This document shows, piece after piece, positions 27,385 to 41,222 of a stretch of DNA of 64,000 nucleotides; the first letter of the stretch is position 1, and each line of letters opens with the position of its first letter. The stretch comes from Octopus vulgaris (lineage: Eukaryota), in NCBI GenBank assembly GCA_951406725.2, contig OX597824.1, positions 73,532,001 to 73,596,000 of the forward strand. The letters run 5' to 3'. The position numbers and the translations under genes are program-made. The notes below the pieces were generated by a model. The model ran no database searches. It worked only from the letters and a program-made list of their open reading frames with translations, and had not been told where the DNA came from.

Positions 27385-27523
27385 TTCCCTGAACATTGTT
27401 TCTATGGCTTGGTGGATAAAATCTTACTCTTTCGTCATGACAGCTCAAATCCAAATGTGCTTAGCCTCATCACGTCGCCCTCCCTTCTTAAAGAGAACTG
27501 CTTGGTGGAAGTTGTACTATCAG
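27385..27523 (+). CDS. PRKD: Internal exon of serine/threonine protein kinase D (N-terminal ubiquitin-like dimerisation domain, equivalent to vertebrate PRKD1 exon 2)
   Basis: Strong acceptor (ttttttccattccag|), donor (cag|gtgagg), 139 nt, phase 0 to phase 1. Translates [46 protein letters not shown], similar to the recalled PRKD1 [46 protein letters not shown]. Confidence 0.93.
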
Positions 27524-28049
27524 GTGAGGAAGACTGTTTTTTTTTTCTTCTTTTCTTTCTTTATCTTCATCTACTTCATCTACTAATATAACTAACAATA
27601 CCCTCAGGGGTTTGTAGGAGAGGGTCCAGGAAGTGATTATGATATATGGTTGTAATTGAATGAAGAAATGATGTTCATTCATGTTTTGCAGGGGAACATA
27701 GATAATATGACTGAAGTGTGAAAGCAAAATGAAATGAAACTATCTCATCTTGGATTGGACATAGCACAAAATATGTGTGACAAGAACCTCATCTTTAGCC
27801 TTCACCATGGTTTCCATAACTGTTATTGTGTTCTTGTTGTTGTTGTTGTTGGTGGTGGTGGTGTGGTTACAGTCTATGTAGGAGTAGTGATTGCTATTGT
27901 TATTGCGGTTTTGGTGATCACAACCATTGTTGCGATAGTGGTAGTTGTTGTGTTTACTGTTGTGGTATTGGTTATAGATGCTGTTGTTGTTGGTGGTGGT
28001 TGTAGTTAGAGTTGTTTTAGTTATGGTAGTTTACAGTTGTTGTTATATG

Positions 28050-28812
28050 GTGCCACTTGTCTTGCAGAAGCAGCAAAAGCCTTCGGACTGACCATTAGCC
28101 TGCGAAACACTGAAGTGATGCTTCAACATGCACTTGGTCTGACACCTCCTGAGTCTCAGATTGAGACTGAGGGTACAACTCTGAACAACGTGGAGAGCTT
28201 TACATACCTGGGAAGCTGCCTGTCCTCAAACAGTAGCATGGACAAAGATGTCTCCATGAAGCTTTCAAAAGCAGGAGTTTCGTTTGGCAGACTTTGGACA
28301 CGAGTGTGGGCCAAATAAGGCATCAGACTTTCCACTAAGCTGGCAGTCTATAGGGCAGGCGTCATCACCTCTCTGCTCTACGGCTGTGGGATGTGGACGC
28401 TGTATAGGAGGCAAATGCAAGTACTTGACCAGTTCCACCTCCGCTGCTTGTGACGAATCATGGGAATTTCATGGGAGGACAGAGTCTCCAACACTGAGAT
28501 GCTTCGCAGAGCTGAAATGCCCTGGATCGAAGCCCTCATCATGATGGCCGAGCTCTGGTGGGTCAGACATGTGGTCCAAATGGATGATGCACGTCTACCA
28601 AAGATGATCTTCTCTGAGCTGGTTTCTGGAGCAAGAAACCCTGGAAGGTCACTGAGGCGATACAAGGACAGCCTGAAGACTTCCCTTGAGGCCTGTGGCA
28701 TTTCAGCCCGTGGCTGGGAATCACTTGCCTCTGACCATGGCGCCTGGTGTCCAGCTGTCCAAAATGGTGTTAAGCTGTTCGAGGAAAAGCGCCTCAAGAG
28801 CAGAAGTAGGAA
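28050..28812 (+). mobile_element. Decayed RTE/BovB-like LINE fragment (RT C-terminal part)
   Basis: FGLTISLRNTEVM, FTYLGSCLS, LLYGCGMW, WVRHVVQMDDARLPK, RYKDSLK; contains stops. Confidence 0.9.
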
Positions 28813-29269
28813 GAAAGAGTACAACGCCCCCCCCCCTACCCGTCGGAGCCTCATGGAACTTAGGTGTTTTTGCTCAATAAGCACTCACATTGCCCGGTCT
28901 GGGAATCAAAACCGCGTTCTTACTACCGTGAGTCTGCTGCCCTAAACACTGGGCCATTGTGCTCCACAGCAGTTGTTGTTGTCGTTGTTCTTGTTGTGAT
29001 GCTTACAGTTGTTTTTAGCCCCAGGTCTGCCTTAATTGAGACAGACCTATAGCAACAACATTACAACCTTCACCATCCTGTCTTCTTTTGATGAGTACAT
29101 ATCCTACATTTCTCAGTGTGTCCTTACATTTTATTCTAAGATGGTAGGGTGTTATTTGAGTGAGATTTAGCTGCTACATTTTGTAGATTGAGCAGCCACG
29201 TAGAGGTGGATAACTACCACATTGGTTGTATAGCTTCTGTAGTAGTTGTAGTAGTAGTTATTATTGTGA

Positions 29270-29656
29270 GTGGAGGTGCAATGGCCTAGTGGTTAGGGCA
29301 GCGGACTCGCAGTAGTAGGATCGCGGTTTCGACTCCCAGACCGGGCGTTGTGAGTGTTTATTGAACGAAAACACCTAAAGCTCCACGAGGCTCCAGCAGG
29401 GGATGGTGGTAATCCCTGCTGTACTCTTTCACCACAACTTTCTCTCACTCTTACTTCCTGTTTCTGTTGTACCTGTATTTCAAAGGGCCGGCCTTGTCAC
29501 TCTCTGTGTCATGCTGAATATCCCCGAGAACTACGTTAAGAGTACACGTGTCTGTGGAGTGCTCAGCCACTTACACGTTAATTTCACGAGCAGGCTGTTC
29601 CGTTGATCGGATCAACCGGAACCCTCGTCGTCGTAACCGACGGAGTACTTCCCCCC
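29270..29656 (+). mobile_element. SINE with head C and tail type ii, flanked by a TSD
   Basis: TATTATTGTGA at 29259-29269 and 29657-29667. Confidence 0.9.
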
Positions 29657-29730
29657 TATTATTGTGAGTGTGTGTATGCATAATTCAGAGAACCCATTTA
29701 CATGGAAACTAATAAAGTTAGTATTAATGT

Positions 29731-30144
29731 CCAGGTTTCTGAGCCATATAGTAGAATTGGTTCGACTGTGGCTTTGAAGATTTTAAGTTTGGATGGAACT
29801 TACACTCGCCTCCTTATGAGAGCTCAAAATCTCCCGTGGAAGTGTCATCCAACCAAAATACAAATATGTGGAAAACTACCACCTGTATCATCTCTTGTGA
29901 AAGGTATGAGAGTCCAGTTTGCTGGACATTGTTGTAGAGCTGAAAATGAGGAAATTTCTACTCTTCTCCTCTGGAAGCCATCTACTCGCGATACCAGAGG
30001 GCGCACACTCTCCTACCCTGATGTAATCTCCAGGGATACAGGCATCCAGCAACAGGACCTCCGTAATGCTATGATAGACCGTGAAGTTTGGCGTAGCATA
30101 GTAAATTCCATTGTCTCGACCACGGTCAAACAATGATGATGATG
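29731..30144 (+). mobile_element. 5'-inverted, truncated RTE-clade LINE with a 10-bp TSD
   Basis: 29731-29790 encodes KLKIFKATVEPILLYGSETW on the minus strand; 29789-30136 encodes LDGTYTRLLMRAQN..FAGHC..DREVWR on the plus strand; (TGA)n tail; GTATTAATGT at 29721-29730 and 30145-30154. Confidence 0.88.
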
Positions 30145-30683
30145 GTATTAATGTTCTTAATATATACAGCCTATTTATTTTTGATTAGCATTGCAGTGTT
30201 TCATATATATAAAATTTGTTAAGGCAATGTTATTTAATATGTAAATAAGTATATTTACATATGCTAATAAGCATACAGTACTTTCTTATGTTTGTTTAGT
30301 GAGTCATTGATTGCTATTTAACAAAGACTGTTCTCTATAAATAAGGTCAGAGTAAGACTGAAACATGTTCGGTGTTCTCTTATAGGGGAAATGGAAATAG
30401 TATTCATCATTAATGAGTGTCATATTTTTTTCACCATACACACACTTACATAGGTGTGTATGCACGTGCGCACGCACGCACACACACACACACACACTTC
30501 TAATTAGCTTTTTAATATTTGCTTCAGTGAATATATTAACATTAACAGACTTATACACATATGCTATTTGACTGTACCTCTCTCTTCCCGCCTTCTCAAT
30601 CTCTCTCTCTCTCTCATGCTCTCTCTCTCTCTCATGCTCTCTCTCTCTCTCATGCTCTCTCTCTCTCTCATGCTCTCTCTCAT

Positions 30684-30716
<33 letters not shown>

Positions 30717-30922
30717 CTCTCTCTCTCTCTCTTGCTCTCTCTCTCTCTCTCTCTATAATATAACTATTATATATCTATGACAGTAGCCAGGAAACGATCG
30801 TAGTGGATATTAATTATATTTTTTAATAATTGTTACATATTTAAATAATATAAATTAATTTATGTATTGGATTAAGTCTTTCATTGTTTGATTTGCCTAA
30901 TAGTGGTTTTGTCTCTAATTTA

Positions 30923-30958
<36 letters not shown>

Positions 30959-31749
30959 ATCCAAACAAGAAAGCACAAAAAATACACAACAATTCGAGGA
31001 CATGGAACAAATATAGTATTATTGGACGCTCAGGAAAGAAGGAGGGTTTAACGTTTTGAGCGGAGCTCTTCGTCGGAAACATAGGAGAAGGAAAGATCCA
31101 GAGAAGGGAAGACAGGAAAAAAATCGCCAATGGTACACACGAGGTCACATATATATACACATATACATACACATACATACACTCTCACACACACACACAC
31201 ACACATCATTATCATTATCTCCATGTCAACTTTTCTATGCTTACATGGGCCAGACAGAATTTGTTGAGGCAGATATTCTGTTTAGGCAGCTGAATGCTCT
31301 TCTTGTTCTTAACCCTCACCTGTTTCCAGCAAGGTAATATTTTCCCATTGCTGAAAAACTAACTTGATTTCTCCAAGTCAAAATCTGGTGACTTTTCATT
31401 ACTGGAGACATTGTGGTAAAGAAATCTCTGTTTGTGTCCAGCTGTAATCGGTGTCAAGTGAGAAACTGGTGGCAATAGAGAAGCACTGGAATTTGTCTCT
31501 TCTGTAAAGTGCCAGTGGTATGTAAAAAGCACTATTCAAACGTGGTCGATACTGGTACCACCTGACTGGCAACTAAAAGGTGTCCATTACAGTCTCTGAG
31601 TGGTTGACATTAGGAAGGGCATCCAGCTGTAGGAACCTTGCCAGATCAGATTGGAGCCTGGTACAGCATTATGGCTTGCCAGTCCTCAATCAAACCATCC
31701 AACCCATGCAGGCAAGGAAAGGAGACATTAAATGAGGTTGATGATGATA

Positions 31750-31788
<39 letters not shown>

Positions 31789-31971
31789 TATATGTGTGAG
31801 TGTGTGTGTGTATGTGTGTATGTATATGTATGTATATATATATATGTGTGTATATATAGGTATACAGATGTGTGTGTGTGTGTATATATATATATGTATA
31901 CATATGTATGTGTGTGTGTGTATATATATATATGTATATGTGTGTGTTTGTATATATATATATATGTATAC

Positions 31972-32038
<67 letters not shown>

Positions 32039-32526
32039 ATATATATATATATATATATATTGTATGTATATGTGTGTGTGTGTGTGTGTTTATATATATG
32101 TATATGAGGATATATATCTATAGGATTATATAAATAATAGCACCTTTATTCTTTGCGTAGCTCGTAAAATGGTTCCGTTTCCTTTTAGTATAGAAACATT
32201 GGCAGGCTTCATCTTGAAAGGGATAAAGTGTTAAAGCTTAAGCAGAAATAGGACAAGGGAAACTGGGACAAAGTGTGCTGCTGGTTAATTAGGCAAAGAA
32301 AAAAAAACAGTGTTTGTGTATGTACTGGTGTGCGTGTGTGTGTCTGTGTGCATGGCGTATGTGTAATATATATTTGTATGTATATATATTTATCTGTCAC
32401 TCTTTCTCATATATGTATGCGTCTGTGTGTGTGTATAAATATGTATATATGTAACTGCATATATAAATACATAATGTTTATGCACTTACATGTATATATA
32501 CGTATATATTTGCATGTGTGTGGGTT

Positions 32527-32557
<31 letters not shown>

Positions 32558-32665
32558 TTGTCTTAGTTTATGTATATGTTTTGCCATATATAAATATGTG
32601 TATATACATGTATATATGTATCTATTTGTGTATTTGTATATGTGATTGTGTGTTTATATACATAC

Positions 32666-32716
<51 letters not shown>

Positions 32717-33328
32717 TACATATACATATACACACACACATATCATCATCATCATCGTTTAGCGTCTGCATGATGATGATGATGATATGTGTGTGTGTGT
32801 ATGTATATGTGTGTGTATAAATGTGTGTATATATATATATATATATGTATGTATATAAACACACAATCACATATACAAATACACAAATAGATACACATAT
32901 ACATGTATATACACATATTTATATATGGCAAAACATATACATAAACTAAGACATATATATATATATATATATATACGTGTGTGTGTATATGCATGTGTTT
33001 ACATGTATGTTACCTAGAAAAGAGCAATGCTGCTTCTAGAATTTTCATGGTTTTGGATGTGATTACAAGTCATTCCCAAACTGATGGTTCTGTAAGAAAG
33101 TATACTGTTTGGTAGATGACATGCCTTAGAAATTCTCTGTAAACTCTTTGAAATGTGAAATAACAGACTCTGTCTTCAAATGCGCTCTTTTTTGATTTCC
33201 AGTCACTTTCGCTCTTTCATTAAGGCATAAAGGATACCTGTTACATGTGCGTAGGAGTGTATGTGTGTGTGTGTGTGTGGGGGGGGAGTGAGGATGGTGG
33301 TGGATGCATCTGTTTATATATTTGTGTA

Positions 33329-33362
<34 letters not shown>

Positions 33363-33811
33363 CTTATGAATATATAATATATGTGTATGAATATATGTAC
33401 ATATATATACGTGTGTGTTTATGAGTGTATGCATACATATATATATATATATATATCTATGTATATATATATATGTATACACACACATATATACACACAC
33501 ACGTATGTGTGTATGTATGGCTGCACATATGTGTGTGTGTTTGTATATATTTGTGTATTATGTGAATGTATGTATCTATATATATATGTACATGTGTGTA
33601 TATATATGTATGTATGTATGTATGTATATATATATTTGTATGTATATATTTATATAAATATATGAATATATGTATATATTTATATAAATATATGTATATA
33701 TATAAATGTGTGTGTGTATATGTATATATTTATATAAATACATGTATATTTATGTGTGTGTGTATATGTATATATTTATATAAATATATGTATATATATG
33801 TGTATATATTT

Positions 33812-35386
33812 GTCATCATGGCTCGGCTTCGCGAACGAAGATTAGGAAGGCTGTCCACATTACGTGCATGCATGCTCATGACTGACAAGTCTGATATGGG
33901 AAAGGCAGGTCCGTGAGCAGTGTCCACAGACGAAGGTAACATCCGGTGTGGTGTCAGAGGCGGCTCGAGCCTTCCTCCTGCATCTCTTCTTTGTTCCTCA
34001 AACTTGCTGATTGCGTTGAATATAGTGTGGCGCCTGACATCACGGTCCGCAGCCAGGTCTGACCAGCATTGGTGGTTAATATGACATGCTGTTAGAGACT
34101 TCTTGAGGCAGTCTTTGTAGCGCTTCCTCGGAGCTCCTCTCACTTGGTGGCCGGTGGAGAGTTTGCCAAACATGGCAATCTTAGGAAGGTGATGGTTCTC
34201 CATTCTGGAGACATGCTTTGCCCATTGGGGGTGGTACTTCAGTAGCATGGCTTCAATGCTGGGGATCTCGGCCCGCTCTAAGACTTCAATGTTTGTGATG
34301 AAGTCACTCCAGTGAATGTTGAGGATGGTGCGGAGACATCGTTGGTGGAAGCGCTCGAGGAGACAGATGTGACTGCGGTAAGGGATCCAGGTCTCTGAGC
34401 CATAGAGAAGAGTGGTGAGAACCACGGCTCTGTAGACACTGGTCTTTGTTTTGTTCTTCAAGTTATTATTGTGCCAAACACGTTTGTACAATCTGCCAAA
34501 GGACCTATTTGCCTTGGAGAGTCTATTTTCAATTTTTTTGTCGATCCTTGCATCGAATGAGATGATGCAGCCCAGGTATGTAAACTGCTGAGTTGATTTC
34601 AGTTTGCTACCGCAGATAGTGATGTGGGGTGGGCGGTATTCTTCTTGGGGTGTAGGTTGGTGAAGTACCTCCGTCTTCTTGAGGCTGACCTCCAGGCCAA
34701 AGAGCCGCGAGGCGTCTGCAAAGCAGGATGTAATGTGCTGCTGAGCTCGCGCTGTGTGGGCGACAAGGACAGCGTTGTCTGCAAAGAGAATGTCTCGGAT
34801 CAGCCTCTCTTGGGTCTTGGTGTGGGCTTGGAGGCGCTGTAGATTGAAGAGACTGCCATCCAGACGATAGCTAACATACACCCCATCCTCATCCTCCATA
34901 TCTTAAGTTGCATGCTTGATCATCATACTGAAGAAGATGCTGAAGAGAGTCGGTGCCAGGACAAAACCCTGCTTCATGCCGTTGGAAATGGGGAAGGGCT
35001 CCAACAGGTCAGCATTGAGTCAGATTTGACCACGCTGATTCTCGTGCAGTTGGATCACCATCTGTAGAAACTTGGTTGGACAGCGAAGTTATTCCAGGAT
35101 GAGCCATAGTCCTGTCTTGCTCACTGTTTCAAATGCTTTTGTGAGGTCGACTAAAGTAGCATAGAGTTCCCTGTTTTGTTTTCGGCACTTCTCCTGGAGT
35201 TGGCGGAGGATGAACACCATATCCGTTGTGCCTCTGTTGGCTCTGAAGCCACACTGGCTCTCGAGGAGGTTTTCTTCAGCGATGGTTGGTACTAGCCTAT
35301 TGAACAGGATCCTGGCATGTGCTTTGCCGGCAATCGAGAGTAGGGTGATTCCCCGGTAGTTGGAGCAGTCAGACTTTTCACCCTTG
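33812..35386 (-). mobile_element. RTE/BovB-like LINE, 5'-truncated, RT domain
   Basis: SDCSNYRGITL, QCGFRANRGTTDMVF, VDLTKAF, LFADN, FTYLG, LLYGSETW; 389-aa ORF; inserted in a TA-rich microsatellite. Confidence 0.93.
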
Positions 35387-35414
35387 TATATTTATATAAA
35401 TATATGTATATATA

Positions 35415-35454
<40 letters not shown>

Positions 35455-35614
35455 CATATACATACACACACACACACACACACATATATATAGAGAGAGA
35501 GAGAGATGTATATATATATGTATATACGTACATATACATACACACATACATGTGTGTGTGTATGTATAACTGCATATGTATATATATATATATGTATATA
35601 CTTATAGATATATG

Positions 35615-35663
<49 letters not shown>

Positions 35664-35692
35664 TTATGCATATATGTATCCATAAATATATC

Positions 35693-35723
<31 letters not shown>

Positions 35724-35738
35724 ATATATGTGTGTATA

Positions 35739-35777
<39 letters not shown>

Positions 35778-36550
35778 ACACACACACATATATGTATATA
35801 CATGTATATATATGCATTTATATTTATATATATATATATGTATTAGTATATGTATTTATATATAAACACGAACACGCACACACACTTATGCATGCCTGTT
35901 GGAGGTTGTTTATGGCTATGTGTATGGTGTATGTTGTGTACACAAACACATTCACATACATGCATACATACATACATATGTTTGCAAATTAGGCTACTGT
36001 AGGCGCCAACCACCCCATCCAGACACTCCACAGTGATTTTGAACACCACCTCCACCATTGCCATCACTACAACCACGACCACCACCAGTCACATAGAGCT
36101 TGACTGCTGCAATGTTGGAAACTTTACAGTGAGTCACAAATAAAAGTTCTCCCAGCTGCAGCGAAATTTTATTTAGTAGGACTTTACAAAACATCATACT
36201 TTAGTTTACATCTTGTTATATAAGTATGCACATGTAGATTTGTATGTATGTTCGTGTGTATGTGTGTGTGTGTGTGTGCTTATGTGTACTTATGTGTATC
36301 TATATATGTGTGCGTGTGTATGTGTATGTATATGGCTTGTGTGTGTGCACGTGTATGGTGTGTGTGTGCATATATTTATGTTCTCATATTTGTGTATATG
36401 TATATATATATATGTTTGTATGTGTGTATATATATATATTTATAGTATATTTAGTATATATGTGTTATATATATATATATAGTGTATATAGTATATATGT
36501 TTATATGCATAAATATGTCTATATATATGCATGTACATATGTGTGTGTGC

Positions 36551-36591
<41 letters not shown>

Positions 36592-39048
36592 CACACACAC
36601 ACATACATACATATATATATATGTGTTTTTACTTATATTATATTTATCATTCTTTTTATACTTTTTGAGATCTAGTTATTAGTTATATATTATTAAAAAA
36701 ATATGTATATATATATATTATTTGTTATTTATGTATTGGTTTATGTCTATCACTGAGTTGCATAATAGTGGTTTTATCTCTAATTTATATGTTATATATA
36801 TATATATATATATATTTGTATATGTATATCTCTCTATATATGTTTGTAAATTAATTGCTGTCCTTGTCAGCAATTAATACCTACGTGCAAGTTGGCATGA
36901 AGGTGTTACATATGTAAGTGGACTATCCAGTTCTGTTACACTTCTACACTTAGTAGGTATTTAAGGAATGTGATGATCATAGATTGTTGATGGGTTGGAT
37001 ATGGTGCTGATGAAAGAACAATAACTCTTGAAATATGCATCTACACTAATTACCTATTTTTTCTATCTTTAATTGCATTGTTTACATAGACATATTCATT
37101 TATGAAATGTCATAACTTGCATACCTCTGAATTTGTATTTCAACCTTTTGGGATCATAACTAACATAGCTCTGCTTTTTACGTGCCACCAGCACGGGAGT
37201 CAGTCAGGTGGCCCTGGCTTCGATCCTGTTCGGATAGTGCTTTTTACGTGCCACTGGCATGGGAGCCAGTTAGGGGACACTGGCATCGATCACGTTCAGA
37301 TGGTGCATTTTACATGCCAATGTCAGTGTTCATACACGGCCAATGAAGACCTGGAATGAGCTGGTGAAGCACAGCCCTCAAATGTTGGGCCTTACAGAGG
37401 CAATGATAAGCAACTGAGTCCTTTGTGCTTGAGAAAACCTGGCAAGCCGTGGCAGTGCTTGATAAAACCTGGCAAGCCATGGCTGATACCAGTGTTGCAT
37501 AGCTGGCCCATTTAAAAGTACCTTTCGATTGTTGGGCAATATGCTGTGCTTGAGAAGACCTGTTGAGTCAAGTGAAATCGTTGATGCCAGTGCCGTCTGA
37601 CTGGCACTCTTGCTGGTGCATGTAAAATACACCTTTTGAACATGCCTGATACCAGTGCTGGTGGCATGTAAAAAACACCATTTGAGCATAGTTGATACCA
37701 GTCCTGCTTAGTGGCACATAAAAAGCACCCACTACATTCTCAGAGTGGTTGGCATTAGGAAGGGCATCCAGCTGCAGAAACTTTGCCAGATTAGATTGGG
37801 GCCTGGTGCATTCCTCCTGGCTTGCCAGTCCTCAGTCAAACCATCAAACCCATGCCAGCATGGAAAGCGAATGTTCAACTATGTTGAGGTTTGGTGATAC
37901 AAGCAAGAAAACAGAAGGCAAGATGTGAGGAGATATATTTTCATATTATCAATCGGCAGATATTATAGAGTAACTCAGGGGCTGAGAGTTTTGTGCATTG
38001 GTGTGTTAAGTACCAAATGCACGAAACTCTTGCCACTGACTTATAAGCAGTAATGGGGGTCAAACACACACAAATTTGTGTGTGTGTTTGTGTGTGTGTG
38101 TTTGTGTGTGTGTGTGCATATATATGTATGTATATCTCTCTATATATGGATGTATCTATCTATGCATCCATTCATCCACAAGTACACATATTTTTTCAGG
38201 TTTTGTCTACCAAATCCACTCACAAGCCTTTGGTCAAACTGAGTAGATGGCACTTGCTGAAGGTGCCAAGCAGTGGGACTGAACCTGGAACCACGTGGTT
38301 GGGAAGCAAACTTCTTACCACACAGCCATGCCTGTATCTAATATATATTCACATACAGATTGTATCTTTATACACATGTATGGACAACACAGATACTTAT
38401 ACATGGCTATGTTCATGCATGTCCACACACACACACACACATCTACATATGCATTTCTGTTAACAGATAGCCACATGTACACATTTACAAGCATACATGT
38501 GTTGGTTACACAGCGAAAGCTTCTTGTATGTTTTCTTGTATCCCCCATCCTCTCTTTCCATCTGTCTCACTCTTCAATCTCTTTCTGCCTGTCTTTCCCT
38601 CTACCCCTCTCTCTCTCTCTCTGTCTGTGTTGCTCTTGCACTTGTCTGGTGTTTGACAATGGAGACGTGGAAACTCAACATTGTTTCTCATCCTTGACGC
38701 TGAAGACTGTTCCTTGATCAGAGACCATTATGAATACTGTCCTTTTCTCCAAGACTCGAGGAGAATTATTACTGCGATTGCAAAAATAAAGACAAAACCA
38801 AAAACAAAAACAAACAAAAAAATTAATTCTCAAATCGGCAAACAAACAGACCAGCTTTTAGAGCAAATTTGTTTATTTACTAACATCTTTTTCCCATATT
38901 CTTGTTATCTTCCTTATTGTTCTTGCCATTGTCAGTCTAATTGTTATTGTTGTTGTTGTTGTTGAAAGTGCCATTGTTAATAATGTTGTCATCACTGTTA
39001 TTGTTAGTTCTGTTGTCATTGCTCGCTGTCCATCACAAGTTGTTGTTG

Positions 39049-39067
39049 TTCTTCTTCTTCTTCTTCC

Positions 39068-39098
<31 letters not shown>

Positions 39099-39112
39099 CT
39101 TCTTCTTCTTCT

Positions 39113-39159
<47 letters not shown>

Positions 39160-39271
39160 TTCTTCTTCTTCTTCTTCTTCTTCTTCTTCTTCTTCTTCTT
39201 CTTCTTCTTCTTCTTCTTCTTCTTCTTCTTCTTCTTCTTCTTCTTCTTCTTCTTCCACTTCTTCTTCTTCC

Positions 39272-39302
<31 letters not shown>

Positions 39303-39358
39303 CTTCTTCTTCTTCTTCTTCTTCTTCTTCTTCTTCTTCCACTTCTTCTTCTTCTTCT
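39049..39358. repeat. (TTC)n, about 100 units
   Basis: Near-perfect GAA/TTC tract; source of the polyE/K/R/F ORFs. Confidence 0.97.
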
Positions 39359-39920
39359 CATCATCACCATTGTTTTGTTTTGTTTTGTTTTCTAACTTAT
39401 CCTTGCAATATACTCTCATCCATTGCTCCCGAGGCAATAATGGTCCCCCTCCATTTGTCCCATCATCATCTCCATCGTAGTTATTGTTGTCAAGGTGAGT
39501 GATGCTGTTGCTGTTTATTGCTTTTAGTGTTGATTGTACTTGCTTTTATATCTATATCTAATATATATATATATATGACGCGCAGACACACATATATATA
39601 CACACACACATGTATATAATGTATGTGTGTATGCATTATCTATCTGTCTATCTATCTATCTCTCTATATATGCATACATACTGTGTGAGTGTGTGTGTAG
39701 CCAGACATTGCTTCTTGTCCTTGGGACTGAAGACTGTTCTATGATCTGAGACGAATATGAATGCAGTCCTTTTTTCCTCCAAGACTCAAGGAGAATGATT
39801 ATTACAAAAATGTGTCTTCTCAAATCAACAAATATAGAAACAGATTTCTTTTTATTATTTTACACTTTGTCATCGTCATCATCATGATCATCATCGTCAT
39901 CATCATCATGATCATCATCG

Positions 39921-39954
<34 letters not shown>

Positions 39955-40396
39955 TTTGCTAAAGGTAGTGAGTCGGACAAAATTCCTAGTTGTATTTCTT
40001 CTGATTCTTTACATTTTGTGCTCAGATCCTGTCAATATTGTTAACATTGCCATTCAACCTTTTAGATGTCAATAAAATAAGTTTGACTCGCTATCCCACT
40101 TCACTTCCCCACAAATTTCATGCCCCGTGCCTATTTATTATTATTAAGGTGGCAAGCTGGCAAAATGGTTAACATGCTGGATGAAATGCTTAGCGGTATT
40201 TTGTTTGTCTTTATGTTCCGAGTTCAAATTCTGCTGAGGTTGATTTTATTTTTCATCATTTCGGCATCGATAAATTGAGTATCAGTGAAACACTGGGGTT
40301 GATGTTGTTGACTAGTCCCCTGCAGCTCCCAAAATTTCAGGCCTTGTGCCTGTAGTAGAAAGGATTATTATTATTATTATTAAATTATTATTGTTA

Positions 40397-40809
40397 TTCA
40401 GTTTTATTTTTATAGCGTGCTTTTACTTCACTACTCTGTGTGCCTTGGGTATGTGCTGTGGTTTGCTGTGATGCTCTTATGGTTACTGTATTGAAAGTGG
40501 TTTGCATAGGATGTGTGCAGTGCCCAGTAGTGCACTTTTCTGTATATTGTATATATTTGTAGGTCCTGGTGTTTTTGTTATGTATTTGTCTGAATATTTT
40601 TTATCATACCTAATGCGCCCACTATGATAGGAATTGTTTCTGTTTTTAGATTTCACATTTGAGTTACCTCCATTTCCAGGTCTTTGTATTTTGAAAGTTT
40701 CTCCATTTCTTTTTGAGAAATGCTGTCATCTGCTGGTATTGATACGTCAATTAGAAAGCATTTTTTTCTTCATGATCTCTGACAACTATATCTGGCCTAT
40801 TGGCCTTAA
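40397..40809 (-). mobile_element. 3' end of an R4/Dong-type non-LTR retrotransposon (restriction-like endonuclease domain)
   Basis: Minus strand KANRPDIVVRDHEEKKCFLIDVSIP..KEMEKLSKYKDL..IPIIVGALG..LLGTAHIL (PD..D..K..KY motif); 3' end abuts (TAA)n. Confidence 0.85.
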
Positions 40810-41222
40810 ACCTCTTATTTTTCAAGCACCTTCCGACATCGTTTGTGTGTTTGTACTGGTTTTAGCTTTAAGGTTTTAGGGTTAGGGTTTTAGTGTTAGG
40901 GTTAGGGTTTTAGAGTCAGGGTTAAGGTTTTAGGGTTAGGGTTGTCATAAATAACAGTGACAAACGAAATATACACTGCCGGAAGTTCTTGTTGTCAAAC
41001 AACGGCAGTAATTTTATTCAGCTGAATACATGTCATTGATTGGTTGAAATTACCGAAATACGACAACTTTAATGTGAAATAACTTCGTAAATATAAGCTT
41101 TTCTCAAAAACGCTAGGAATAAAAGATATTTTATATGACACATTCTACCAGTGTCCAAAGTTTGAAAGTGTTTAGTTACAACAAATTATTTTTTAAATCT
41201 GTCGGTCAAAAGGTAAAGATCC
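40810..41222. mobile_element. Unclassified interspersed element with an internal degenerate TTAGGG array (40868-40943)
   Basis: TTAGGG/TTTTAGGG units in a ~20-bp higher-order period; ends ..AAAGGTAAAGATCC before an A-run. Confidence 0.45.

Noticed and set aside
38873-39480. PolyR/E/K/F ORFs
   Set aside because: Artefacts of the (TTC)n tract.
40868-40943. True telomere or chromosome fusion site
   Set aside because: Short, degenerate, single orientation and internal to an interspersed element.
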